Positions 14,235-27,961 are shown, counted from the first letter of the stretch. The stretch: 64,000 bases of DNA from Camelus dromedarius (GCF_036321535.1 NC_087436.1:59770001-59834000); one strand, 5' to 3'. The notes: generated by a model not told the origin, from the letters alone. Translations and numbers: made by a program.

Positions 14235-15089
14235 GTGGCCCAGTCAACAACTGAGCAAAAATGCAGACTATACTGTTTGGGGCTCTTTCTGAAATATCCA
14301 AAAAAGTGAATTCTAATAATAAAAAAAGACCATTAAATTCAATAAATGAAAATTGGCAATAAAAACTCATAAAAAATCTCAATCTATGCAGGATATACAA
14401 CAGATGATGTATGAGGTAACACCACTATCTGACTCCTCTCTCCCGGAGTCTCCAAATATGTTTTCTACTATGGTGTTTTTAGACAAAATAAACTGAAACT
14501 ACTTAGTATTTTGATGTTATAACATATAAAGAGTAAAATATCAACAGTGCTTTGTTCACAGTGAGATTTTTTTTTTCCCCAGGACCTAACATGATTAAAC
14601 ATTGTTCCTTCAGTGGAGATTGTATTTAGGAGGTTACCAGGTTAATTCACAGGAGGAGGTTTGGGGAATTAAAGAAGAATATACTGTGGTGTATTCCTGA
14701 TAAAAAGATACCAAAAGACTTATGGTTACAGAATTTATTACATATTTCTCTTTTCCAAGTAATGTTTTATTATATTTACCAGTTTTCCCTTAAGACAAAT
14801 TCATTATATTTACTCCTCCCTCGTAACTAGTGAACGTTTCCATTAATTATTTTTCATAAAAGAAATCTGATATATGAGCTCATCTGAATACTCGAGGGTA
14901 TAAAATAAATAGCATGCCTTCTAGGAATGAATATTAAACTTTATTCTTCATCAAAGTAGAGAACTTATTTTTAAAATGTATTTCTGCTCTCATATTTAGA
15001 AATGAAGTACAAAGGGTTGAGTGCTTTGTATTACTTCTAATATATAGGACTTTCTTACTTTAAACTTAGAAATATCCCTTCTGTAAAGT

Positions 15090-15310
15090 AATAATAGTTA
15101 ACACTTATATATTGTTTATTACGTTCTGTTCTATGCACTTTCTATTTAATAACTTGTTTAACCTTATAAGAACACAATGAAGAAGTGGTTGCTGTTGTTC
15201 CCATTTTATAGATGGAAAAATTGAGACAAAAAACTAGCTCAAGGTCATACAAATATAAAGTAGCAAACTGGGATTTGATCCCAGGTAGTCTCTTCACTAG
15301 GTTACATTGC
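15090..15310 (-). mobile_element. MIR SINE
   Basis: Reads cccattttatagatggaaaaattgag...caaggtcatac...ctgggatttgatcccaggtagtct. Confidence 0.75.
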
Positions 15311-18300
15311 CTCTAATGTTCTGAACTCTCCTTTCTGCTTTCTTAAAAGTAAATACTATTCTTAAAATAGAAATAAGTGGTCATTATAGAGACTATAGGA
15401 AAAAAATTAAGTATGATCCATCCAAATATTTGATGGTTGATAACTCTTTATTTTCTGGATTTTTTCCTACACAATATTTATGTTATATAATTGAGAGCAA
15501 ACTATGTGTGTTACTGCATGTTACTAAGTCCTGAGTTTAGGCTCCATGTTCAAGTGTAGTTAAGCATCATTCTCCCTCTAACATCCCTACACTGCATGGC
15601 AGGATAAATGTTTTGAGACTTTAATGTATTTCTCTATTTCTTCCTCTCTGTCCCTTGTTTAAGTAAGGTGGCTTTGTGCTTTTTAAAATAAGGTGTGTGT
15701 ATCTGGGCAGAAGAATCTTCAGATACTTGCTTTCCTCAGTTCTATAACATATTTGGAAGAGATTTTTCCAGTGCTCTAGCTGGTTGGAGGAAAGAGGGAT
15801 AATCTCTGAGGGAAATATGAAAAGAGAGAGCTTCTCTAGTCAAGATTAAGTGCTGATTTCTGGAAATGAGGAAAAAGAGTCAGAGAACCTTGGATTGTAC
15901 AAGGAGAGGAGACCCAGGAAAAAGCCTAGCACCACACTGTGTCAGCTTCTGGGGAAGATGATTGGACTTCAGGGAGAGTGGCTCCATTGTGCATTCTAGG
16001 CACTGGATACCCAACCTTGTTACACATGCCAGGAGTCCATGTATCCCAGAAAAGCAGCAGTTAATGGGCCAAGAACGGCAATGAATTGTTTTTGCTTATT
16101 TTAAGACTTTAACTGAAGATTGATGACTGGCAGATATTCTTGGTTCACCTTTGAAACAACGTCTAAAGACAAGTAGAGTTGAATTTGTTTCTTTTCTGTT
16201 GACTTTATCACAGGATAAGGATAAAAGCATAAGGCAGGATAACACTTTTTTTTTAACTTATCTAATCAAAGAAAAGATGCTTTTGATAGTAAAGGGGACT
16301 AAAATCTAGCTATCATACTTCACTTAAGTACAAATGAATTTAAAAATACATGATGAATGCAGCTGGCAAAACAAACAAACAAAAAAACCAAACAAATGAA
16401 ACATGGCCCATGATGTACTATAAATGGAGGTGATGGTCAGGAACAATAAGCCAGCTTTAGCTTCAAGAATGCTAGTTCCAGGAATGGATTGAGGCTGTTA
16501 ATAACTGTGTATGTACAAATAAATTAAAAGGGTCATCCTACTAAGGAACAGTAATATTTGGTGGCCCAAAGGCATCTTTGGTGTGGGACATCTGACTGAG
16601 GCCAGCATTGGGAGAGAGGAGGTAGATGAGATTTTTGAGAGAAATCAGGGAGGATGGCAGAGGGAAGAAGGAGAATAGGTAGAATGGGCATGTCAAAGTT
16701 AACAAGTCAGCTTGATCATTCTACAGAAAAACTAAAACTCTTAATTAGCAGTTAAGCAGTCTACTCCCTTTTTCCTCATATTGAAGCCTCAGATTAATTA
16801 TCTTGAATTATTATGATTCTATTGTGATTATTTGATAAAACATTATTCCACCCAGGTGAAATTAATGAGCCCTTGGCCTTTTTATAATAATGTAGTGGCA
16901 TGTGTCAGACCATGTATATATATTTTATGTAATGCTGACTATTCTATTAAAATTGAAGTTAGGCATTTTCCCTTTGTCTTCAAATATGTGTCCATAACAA
17001 GAGTCTGCACAATTATAAAAACCTGGGCTCCTAGGAACTTCTCAGCACCAAGAGTCTGACTGGGAAATCTGTGAGTTTATTACTTGTGGAATACGTGGAG
17101 GATTGTGAATTATACATCTTTTTCTTATGAGGGGATTCACTCAAATGCTTTCATGGCCGACATGAATAGGGAATGGTGATGACCATGGTATTCATATGCC
17201 CTGTCCAGATGGAAAAACCCTACTTATCTCTGATCAGTCAGTTCTATCTGGAAGAAAGAAACAGAGTTCCCAGATCTTGCAGTTGATTAAGGGAAGACTA
17301 GATGGACTTTTGTGAGAAATACCCTCATTTTTGAATGACTAGCTAAGCCAAACAAAACACTACAGCAATGGGTTTTAAACGGTAAGTGCAAGAAGTTTAG
17401 CCTGAGGTGATCTGCTCTGTAAAGAGAATAGAGTTGTGAGTAAGTACATGGGCTTGGACTATCTTTCAGAACAGATCTGTTTTTGTTTAAAAATTAAGTT
17501 GAAGTATGTGCTCCAATACTAATAGTGTTGAAAAATAGTGTCTTATTGGGAAAAAGAAGCATCTGATCCCAAACAAAATTTAACTGTCATCTTTGATTCA
17601 TGTATCTCCAAAGCTAAACCTACCTCTCATGACTCCTTGGAAAGGTCTCCAGGATGCTACCCAGTTTTCTTCTACATTTAATTTAATAGATCCTACTATG
17701 GTACATTCCTACTGATAGCCAATTTCTCATCTAACATTCGAGTCAATAATACAGGTAGAGATATTAGTGGGGAGGTAATTACTAAAAATGTTTTAAATAT
17801 ATAGCATACCATTTGTCATTATGTCAAATGGTATGGTTAAAGTTAATTTAATCTGAATGTCATTCTAAAGATATTTAAAGGAAAGCATTTACCTTAATAC
17901 ACACTTGAGCCAAAACAGGATTATCTCCCTCCAACTATTGAATGGGTGCTTCTAAAACAGACCAAGAAAAGGGATGGAATACTTTCTTTTATTAACCTAA
18001 TTCCTTCCCAGGAGAAAAGATATAATTAAGTCTTTTAATCAGCCACCAAAACTTTTCTTTCAAAGGTCTTACTTCTTTAATACTAGGGCAGGTGGTTATG
18101 AAGTTGGGTTTTAGAATCACTATTTTAGAAAAGAAAACCTAAAGAGTTAAAGATAATTAATCTTATTTTAACAGAAAAAATCATGCCACATTCTTGGGGA
18201 ATGAGAAAAAAAGATATTCAATTTTTTTATATTTACCATGTTGGTCAAATATCAAAATTATCAATAAAATTTTAGATACAAATGAATTACAGTAATTAGG

Positions 18301-20138
18301 ATTTTTCAGGGTATGGGTATCAGAAAACTTTAATATCTCCTGTGTGTTTTACTTTTTGACACATTTTTTTGCAATTAAAATGTACTATACTGCTAAGTGT
18401 GTCTCTCAAAATAGTTTCTGTATGTTTGGGTTTATATAAGGATAAGTAAGATTTCTATTACTTATTTAATGATAACAGTTTATAAACTAAAGATAAAAGA
18501 AGCAAGTGCAGGTGATTTTACATCTGATAAAACTGTTTTGAAAAAATATAAATAGTATTCTTCTCACAGAAGAAGTAAATTAAGAGATTCTGTAACTATA
18601 TTGGTTACCAAAAGCCAATATTATCTATTATAAGCACTTGGAAGTTTTAACTGCATATAAAGCCACTTATACACATTAACACAGGCACACTGTTGATATC
18701 TTAGAATCAGTCTGAGAAACTAAAATAATTATATTTATATTAGATTTATATCAGCAGATTTTAGAATATATCTGATCTTTCCTTTAACCAACATTAAAAA
18801 ATACATTAATTTTTCAAAGAGGGCAGTCATAATCAATATATTAAAAAGAGAAAATGGTTTCTAGTGACACTTTGATAACTCAATTAAAAACTTGTTAAGA
18901 ATATGATTCTTCTGTAAATTTTGTTCCACACACCATAAGATGAAATATTAAGGAATACTAAACTTTGAAACAATATTATTTTCTCCTTTTTCTGTAGAAT
19001 GAGAAAATATTTCTCAATAAATAATGTAATCAGAATACTATTTAGTATTTAATAATTCTCTAATATAAAATAAGCCTTTAACAATTATTACTATCATTAT
19101 GTAACAAAACATCTATAATTAGAAAACTAAAGTGGAATTTATAACCTTCTATTATTTTCATTTATTCAATACAGCAAATATTAAATATATGGAAATCCAT
19201 GCCAGCCACTGAACTATGTATAAGCAATATGAAGTTGAATAAGATTTAGTCTTCATATGAAAAACAATGACAATTTTATGATAAAATACAAATCTTCATA
19301 ATGAACCCCAAAATATGTATTTACCTGTCTTTAAATCAACCTAACTGAAACTACTGCATGTCAGTAAATTGCATCATTCCAACTTTCCAAGGTTTTTTTC
19401 GTTCCCATGATTTTAAAGAGTGCCTTTATTTACAATAATCTTAATGAAATCCAAACATCCCTGTTACAAATATAAAATAGTTGATCTACAAGTTCTGGCT
19501 TAAAGAGAAACACCTAATCTTAAATAGCAAAACAAGGTAAATATGTTAGTTAATATGATTTCATATTTGTAATATATATAGCCTCCCAAACTGAAGAATT
19601 CTATTTTAATCATACTACTTAAATACTTATTTGCATATTTTCTAAAATATTTTAAAAATTCAATGGTTGGAGGAATTATTTCATATTTCAATTCTTGATT
19701 TTGACCATTATTTTGTAAAGAATACACAATTAATTAATAATGACCTAGAGTCATCAATGAAAATTTAACCAGCTAATGAAAATGTAACTACTTGATGCCA
19801 TACTCATTTCTTAAATTAATATAAATAAAAGATTTGAAACCTATAATTCATGTGACATCAAACTATTACATTGAACACTGTCTCTTCCATGCAAGGCAAA
19901 CAATGTGTTATTTAAACTATTATTTTCTATCCAAAGCTTTACCTTTATTTAGCAACTAGAATGACAAAAGAGCAAAACAATAATAAAATTTTAACATTTA
20001 AAATAAGATCCTTAAAGAGTAAAGCAGTTAACCTTACCATTTATGCATAGACTATTTTACTATAGAAAAATAAGCATTTTTAAAGATACTAAAATATTAT
20101 AAACATTATTTTAAAAAGTTTTTTTGTTTATATTTTAC

Positions 20139-20216
20139 CTTGAAAGGCAATGGTTCTTCCGTAAGAGGACTAACAGGAAGTGAAGCAGTGCTACTTGCTG
20201 GGCTCATATCTGCACT
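20139..20216 (-). CDS. CCSER1: Internal coding exon (78 bp, 26 codons, phase 0-0) of coiled-coil serine-rich protein 1 (CCSER1/FAM190A)
   Basis: The minus strand reads caattttgtttttcttgTAG|AGTGCAGATATG...CCTTTCAAG|GTAAAA, giving a polypyrimidine tract, an AG acceptor and a GT donor. It translates without stops to SADMSPASSTASLPVSPLTEEPLPFK, matching my recollection of human CCSER1 (SADMSPASSTTSLPVSPLTEEPVPFK). It is too short to appear in the ORF track. Confidence 0.93.
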
Positions 20217-20520
20217 CTACAAGAAAAACAAAATTGAATTAAAAAAGTCCTTTTTTGTAGTCATTTTTATTATTCCTAACTTAGAACTTAATTCTTCTTG
20301 TTAAAATAAAAAACAAATACACAAGTGAAATACAGGTATAGAAAAATTCAAATTATTATTATATAATGAATCATTCTTTATTAAGAAATAATTATCAAGA
20401 AATTAGTCAAACTATCACTTCTACATTTGCATTTCACATGCATGTTATTAAATATAATAATCATATTTTATGTTAGGATGACATTTAGTATTATATTTGT
20501 TTAGCTTATATTTTTACCTT

Positions 20521-20620
20521 TTTTTTTTAATTGAGGTATAGTCAGTTTACAATGTTGTGTCAATTTCTGGTATACAGCACAATTCTTCAGTCATATATGA
20601 ATAGGCATATATTCATTTTT
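20521..20620 (-). mobile_element. Short L1 3'-end fragment
   Basis: Poly-T followed by aattgaggtatagtcagtttacaatgttgtgtcaatttctgg, the reverse complement of an L1 3' terminus like 31490-31570. TTTTTACCTT occurs on both sides as a probable TSD. Confidence 0.85.
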
Positions 20621-20757
20621 TAATAGTTTTTACCTTTATTTGATAATTAACCTATCTGTAATCATTCACTATGTTGGTTTTTCAATCAATTTCAGGCTGA
20701 TTTTCAAATATGTTATCCACTTTTTCCTTTTATGGAGATTTAAATCATTGTATCAAG

Positions 20758-20950
20758 TTTTTTTTTTTTTAATTGATGTACAGTCAGTTACAATGTATTA
20801 ATTTCTGGTATACAACATAATGTCTCAGTCATGCATATATATATATATACATATATTCATTTTCATATTCTTTTTCATTAAAAGTTATTACAAGATATTG
20901 AATATAGTTCTCTGTGCTATACAGAAGAAATTTTTTTATCTATTTTTATG
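20758..20950 (-). mobile_element. Short L1 3'-end fragment
   Basis: Poly-T followed by aattgatgtacagtcagttacaatg...acaagatattgaatatagttctctgtgctatacag, homologous to the reverse complement of 31410-31570. Confidence 0.88.
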
Positions 20951-23474
20951 TCCCAGTTTTTATTCATCATGAAAAGTATATCTACCATTAATTTACAATT
21001 ACAAAATAAATATTAAATTTTAAAAATTCCCATATTCATAGCTCTTGAGAAATTTTCTTACTACATTCAGCTAAGCAAAAATGTAAGGACAAAAGATTCA
21101 CACAAATATAAGAGAATTATTGGAATGTTGCTAACGTTGTTCTTCTAGTCCTTTAAAAATATGATGAATTAAAACTTCTTAAATAAGCGATTAGCCTAAA
21201 TAAAGAGATGTTGGTTAGAAGCTTTTCATTATTTTTCCTAAAAGCAAGAAAAAGATTCTGATAATAAGTAGCAATAGAAGTTATTTTACTATGTTCTTAA
21301 CTCATTCTCTCAGAGGAATTCTTCCATTTAAGTAGATAAGCAAGTAAAACATTGGGGAAAAAAATGCACACCTAAATTTTTTCAGCTTGGTTTCCAAATG
21401 TACATGGACACAAATTTGCAGTAAAGATTAAAGCACAAACATGAATTAACTTTGATTGAAATAAGGGAATAAGTAGACAGATAACTTTGGCTGACTTAAA
21501 TTCCAACAAAAGAATATTTCCAAAGAATAGATGCTGCAACTGCTAAAAATCGTTAGTCTCTTTCTAGTCAAAGATTATTTTCAGTTCATTTTATTCAGAT
21601 GAACAATGAACTGGACACATTTTAAATATTCATTAAAGTAGGATTAATTCTGACTGTCTAGTCCAGAAACAACAGATATGAACTATAAACACAGTATAAT
21701 TTTTAATATAACATGTACCTACTTTAGAAATTGACATAAGCCTGCACATTGAGTTAAATGGCTAAAGGAGGAAATTAGATAAAAACTGAACAATAATTTA
21801 CTAAAGGAAACAGGAAAATACATGCACCAGATACCTGAGGTGAGTTAGTTACTGACTAAATTCTAAATGTATTCAGAGCTTCTTGGCCATTTATTAGATC
21901 AAAATCAGGAAATATTGTGAATTTCTGACTTTCACTATCTGATTATATGATGTAATGTAGAAACAAAGAGGTTTTCTTAAGAATGAATTCACTTCAGGAT
22001 TCTAACATAAGAAATGAGTGCAATATTTTTACAGGAATAGAAAACCAAGACCCTTCAGCTGTTTCTTTCATCATTAGATTTTTCATGAAAAACTGAGCAA
22101 GTGATAAGAGTACAGTTCATACGCAGTTGAATTATCTGATATTTTCCTAAAGTACTGATATTTTACATAGCATTTTAAAGTATTGTGTCCTTAAAAATCA
22201 TTTGTTCAAAAGACAGAGATGGCATTCAGTTGTGAAATTTTAGAAGCCTGGATCAGATGAAGGTTTTTTAACTTCCATAAGAAGAGCTCAAAATAAAGCT
22301 TCATGATTAACTTCTTTTAGGGTTGAGGTCTCCCACAAAGTCCCAGAAATAAATGTGTCAATTCTAAGCACCATGAAAAGCAGGCTAAAATTTGCATCAT
22401 ATAACCTTGATTCTTTGAATGTCATTCTTAGAGAAAACTTTGTTTTAGCTTCAACTTTCAAATCAATCTTACAGTGTGACACTTTAATTCTATTGCTCTT
22501 AGGAAATCTTGAGAAAAGTGTTTTTAAAAAGCAAATCAATCTTATATGACGACATCTGATAAACTGCTCTTAATTTTCAAGTTGAGAATTATATAGCAAA
22601 AAATAGGAAAAAGATATCTTAATTTGTAGCTTATTGTTTTCCCATTTGTGTTTCAGTGATATGTTATTTAGGTGTCGTTTCATTTATTCACCCTTTAGAT
22701 AAAATACTATAGTAAATCCTTCAGATACAAATCTTATCCATGCTTCATATTTTAATTCATTTACCCTTTCGTTCAATGACAGCAATACCGACTCAACTGT
22801 ACATCTAAATACAAATTAACAAAGTACTCTTAAGTTACATTTGATTTTTTTAAAGCTAACCGTATGTGTTTTTTCATAATTTTCTTCATAAATTATTTTG
22901 TCAGAATTATGGCTTCATTTGCTTTTAATGTATTTCAGAGACTTAAGAAATGTTAGGTTCACAATAATGTGCCAGTCAATCCCATGAGAATATGGAAAAG
23001 CTATTCTGTAAAAGACGTAAATCATCCCAACAAAAGGAATGACAGATTATAAAATGCCAATCCTAATTCTGATTATCTGAGTGTTTTTAAACTTGGCTTT
23101 CTGGTTCTAAGTACAGTAAATGCCTGCTTCATTCCAACATTAGGGTGATTAAACAATACGCTTAAAATGCTATTTGGGTAGACTTTCCCCCTTTCTACTT
23201 CTATCTCATGTATGCTAAGATCTCTTTTATTTTTTTCCAAATTGAGTTTAACATTAAGTATAATGTTTAAGTTAAATACCAAAATCTGGACAAATACTTA
23301 CTTCTGAGCAGACCAGAGATATTCTGATGAATCTCTCTTCTCATGCATATTGCTCTTCAGAATTCTTTCTATTCATCTAGCTTTAAGAAACTACTTGCTT
23401 TGTTGCTGTTTTTTAGAATAAAATTTCCCTACATTTGCGAACTATCTCATCCATCATCTTCATCCTCTTTTTCT

Positions 23475-23935
23475 TTAAATCAACTTTGTTGAAGTATAAT
23501 ATACCTACACTAAAACGTAACTTTCAAAAATGTACAGTTAGATGAGTTTTGACAAATGTACCCACATGTATAACTACCATCAAAACCAAGGTATAAACAG
23601 ACCATTCTCACCACCTCAAAATGTTCTCTCACTATTGATGATTAGTAAGTATATCCTGTTTTGTGAAGTGTCTGTTCAAATACTTTGTCTACTTTTCTTT
23701 TTCACTGGGTTATATGGATACAAATCCTTTGTCACATGTATTTATTCTGAATATTTTCACCCAGTTTGTGGCTTATCTCTTCATTTTCTTAGCAGTGTCT
23801 TCAAAAGAACCAACGCCTTCCAACTTAATTGTCTTTTATTTGTTTGTTTTTTTATGGTTTATGCTTTTGGTGCTTCACCTGAGAAATTTTGTCCTACTTC
23901 AAGTTCTTAAAGATTTTCACTTATGTTTTCTTCTA
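23475..23935 (-). mobile_element. Old L1 (L1MB/L1ME-like) fragment
   Basis: The motif caactttgttgaagtataat...tgtacagttagatgagttttgacaaatgta is followed by antisense ORF2-like sequence (gtgaagtgtctgttcaaata). Confidence 0.75.
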
Positions 23936-25652
23936 TCAACCTTCAGATCAATACATGATGGCCAAAAACACAGCAGTTAGGATTCTATTCTTTGAAAATG
24001 TTGTTGCAATTTCCTAGTGTTAAATGAACATTAAATAATCTTAATATTTGTACTGTACATGTTCTAGTATAAGGATTTTCATGAAGATTACTTTGTATTT
24101 AAGCAAGTAACCTCAGATTTTAGCCAGTCTCACACATGAGATGGGAATCTAACAGTTACTGGTGGCTTAACCATACTTTAATTTGAATAAACCAAAATTT
24201 CAAGCTATTATCTGCTTGTGAGTGTGTTGCTGGAGGAGAGGAAGTCTTTGCTAAAGTACTGGAAACTTAAAATTAATATAAAAGATTCTCCTGACAGTGA
24301 TTGCTTATGGAACTTCCTGGACAAATGGATGGCAGAAGGAGAGAAAGCCAGCTTTAAAAGGAGAGGAGAACAGTAATGCCAAGAAGAGCAATGTGTCTAT
24401 CATCTCACAGACTCTTTCTCTTACTGTTGATTCATCTCTGAGGAGAAAGAGGGCACAAGTAGAAATAAAAAGAGCTTTTTAAAATAAAATTCTGAGGAAC
24501 AGTCCCCTCCTGTTCAAATTTCTCAGTGGAAAAAAAAGGATTTAAGCACATAGAGATGGTCTGCAAACACCGTGTCATTTTGGCATATGAAGAGCTGCCA
24601 CACAATATTGGTGAAGAGGATCGACAGATTTCAGTGAAAAGGACACCACACTAGAGGAGACAGTGGTGGGAGGCTGAATAGAGCTTTTCTTGGCTCCTAT
24701 GAGATGGGTCATAAAAATGTATATGAATACTCAGGGACAATTTTTAAGAAGCTGGAAATTGCAGATAACTGACCTCAGTGAATTCTTCAGTCTCAAGTGC
24801 CCTGGTACCAACTTTGACTACCAATTTAGTGCCTACTCTGACTATCAACATTGACGTCATATTTACTACAAGTTATTGTTGAGAAAAAAATAAGTATACA
24901 AAGTTAAGCTTATTTCTTATAAATCCAGAAAATGAACAGTAAGGATTTGCAAATCGTAATAGGTGGTCTTTCCCCAATAAATAATGAGCATGGAAGAAAA
25001 TAGTTTTGTTTTATTACTAAAAAATTTTCCCAGGTTAAATTTGGGAAAATGGAATACTATCTCTTACTACAAATAATGCTTAAAATGTTTAGTTAGAAAA
25101 TGTAACCACATTCAGTTGACACTGCTCAACTGTCAATGGCCAAAGTATACACCTGAGGATTCTGACACTCAGTACACTTGTCACCAACGAAATAGGGAAA
25201 CTGAAGAGTATGAGACACTATTAATACTTACTAAACCACTGTTGAAACTTGAATGCCACATCCTCTCTCAGCTTCTAATATTATATGTATTACTGATAAA
25301 TACAAGTATGAACTCATTGTAATAGCTTTGAGAAACACAGTATTGTTCTTTTGATATAATGAGATAAAGAACTCTCAATGGATTCACAAATAATCTAGCA
25401 CTTGATACAGTTGATGCTTTGTGTATAAAATCTGCAATCAGCCATTTGTGTAATCACATAAGAATTAAAATGAAAATTCAGCTTTGAAATACTTTTTCCT
25501 TAATTCATGAATTAGGGAGTTGCTTTTTATTTATGAAAATGAGAGAATTTTTACAAGTATTCAAAATATTTTTAGTCTATAAATTATATTTTATTTCTCC
25601 TCTGATCTGGTGGAAAATATGTCAGTTTTATTAAATAAAATATTCTTTATTA

Positions 25653-26650
25653 ATGCCCAATGCCTAGAAATTGGATTTCTTCTAATAAAGGAACTAGGGC
25701 TCCTTGGAGAAACAGCTGACTTCTGGGATGAGGCAAGGAATGTACAGCTTATGCCAGAAAGTAAGGAAGTGCTCAAAAGTGCTTGAAAGATAAAAGGCAG
25801 GGGTGTGCCCAAGGGACACAAGAGCCAATGTGAGAGAGCTCCCAAGCGTCAAAGCTGGAGCAATATGAGCAATAAAATAAATAACACAGTATTGGAGTAC
25901 AATTAAAAGCATAAAACAAAAAAAATCATAAAATCATGTATAAATAAATAAGCAACTGTATAAATAAATAACTGGGGAGAAGAGACAAATCTCTCTTACA
26001 GAAATAATCCAAATAATTTATGTAGATACTGCAACTCTTTAAGAGGTGGGACTTAACATCACATCCACACCCCTAGGATGTGTTTAGTGACTTGCTTCCA
26101 AGAAGTAGAGTATGAAAAGGGGTGAGAGGTAACTTCACAGTAGAGAAGCTTGGCAAACAATAGCTCAAACAAGTGATCAAAGTTAACATCCTGCAGACAA
26201 TATGATATATGATAAGAGGAGTACTTCACCTCTGTGGTCTTTCTCCCCAAAGCCAATGACTTCAGTCCAATCATGAGAAAAATACTGGACAAACTCAAAT
26301 TGAAGGACATTCTGCAAAAATCTGACCAAAGTCAAGGTCCTCAAGGACAAGGAAAGACTGAGAACTGTTACAGATTATGTCGCTATGGAAATGATGACTA
26401 AGTGGCATCTTGGATAAAACCCTCAGACAGCAAAAAGGACATTAGGAAAAACTGGTGATATGTGAATAAACTGCTGAGTTTAGTCAATAGTAATGTACCA
26501 ATAAGGGGTCTTGGTTGTGATAAGTGGATTCTGCTGAGGAAGGGTGATAACAATAGAGGAGACTGGATGAGGGGTTTATGAGAGTTCTCTGTACTATCTG
26601 CGCAACTTTTCTCTAAATCTGAAACTATTTCAAAATAAAAAGTTTATTTA
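25653..26650 (+). mobile_element. Old L1 (L1MC/L1MD-like) 3' UTR with a 16-bp TSD
   Basis: Typical old-L1 3' UTR motifs (ggaactagggctccttggagaaa; ctctgtactatct..gcaacttttctctaaatctgaaactatttcaaaataaaaagttt). AAAATATTCTTTATTA occurs at 25637-25652 and 26651-26666. Confidence 0.85.
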
Positions 26651-27961
26651 AAAATATTCTTTATTATCAATAGAACCAGGCTTTTCAGGATTATAATACA
26701 TGACTGTCAATATACTCATAGTTTCTAAGTTTTCATAACTAAGCTTTTATAACTAAACTTTCATTTGTAAGCTTTCCAAGGTATTAAAACTTTCATAGAA
26801 ATAAATTTTGACAGATCATCTTAATGGGATGCATAACCTCTCCACCAAAGAATCTTTAATCCTCTATGAAGATCTCACCAAAAAGCTGATGTTAAATTGT
26901 TTTGCATACTTCCCTGTTCCGTAGGGGAATGTGGAAGGAAAGCTATAACTATGTAAAATGATCTATTTGTTTGGGTACTTATAAGGTGTTTGGTAGAGTG
27001 CGTTTGCATTATTAATATTTGCTGAATGCCATAATTCTATAGTACAGATCCATTTATTATATCTCCTCTGAAAGCATAATTAATGGATCTGCCCTATAGA
27101 ATTAAAATTCGCTTGTAAGGATTTTTTGAAGTGAAACACGATCATTTGGCTCATATATGTTGAGTACATAAACAGATTTTAATGTAAGTGAAATATTTAA
27201 ATTGTTTAAGCTGTTAGAGTAAAAAGTATGGTAGAAAGTAATTCTTGAGGTCTAATAAAATTAAATGGTCATCCAAATGTGGTAAATGTAATTTGAGTAT
27301 GCATTCTCATAGTTCTAAAATTAGGTAAAAAATAGACACCACAAGTTATACAGTGTGTTGCTGTTTTAATACTCAGTGTGTTATTACTGATAAAGAATTT
27401 TGGATAATTTAGATTTCTATAGTATAAGTGGGCTACTTTTCTTGAAAATATTTTCCTTTTATTAGACATGGTGATTTTAAATTTTGCCATCGTTTGTCCC
27501 ACTGGACATTTTTGTCCCAAAAAGTCAGTAAGGAAGGAAATGCAGAGCATCTAACTATGGCACAGAAATACATTCTTTACATATTAGTGGATAGACCCTT
27601 GAGCACTAATATGTGTCCTTCATCAGGTACATCCTATAGATGACAATGAGCCAACAGCCCTGGGCTCCTCCAGTCCAGGGTGCTGACCACTGAATTTCAA
27701 GCACACCTTTGTGAGGAACCAGTTAACCATGGGAAAGTTGATTCTACCCACTTCATTCCTTAAGGAGTATATTTCCCATGCTTATTTGTTTATTGTCTTG
27801 GCAGTAAACCAAAATGAGAGCAACATCAAATTGACTACAATATCTAAATCAGAACTAGCTCTTTCCAAGCTCAGCAACCTTACCAATTTGAGTAAGGTTT
27901 CTCTATCTGGCACATTGTCTCTGAATGAAAATGCAAGGTTTTTGTCTTTATAATACATTCT

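Noticed and set aside
15530..16200. More GC-rich, LTR-like block
   Set aside because: I could not identify termini, a TSD or a family, so I left it unannotated.
22288..22549. Overlapping ORFs on both strands
   Set aside because: They are short, show no recognisable protein similarity and have no convincing splice-site pair.
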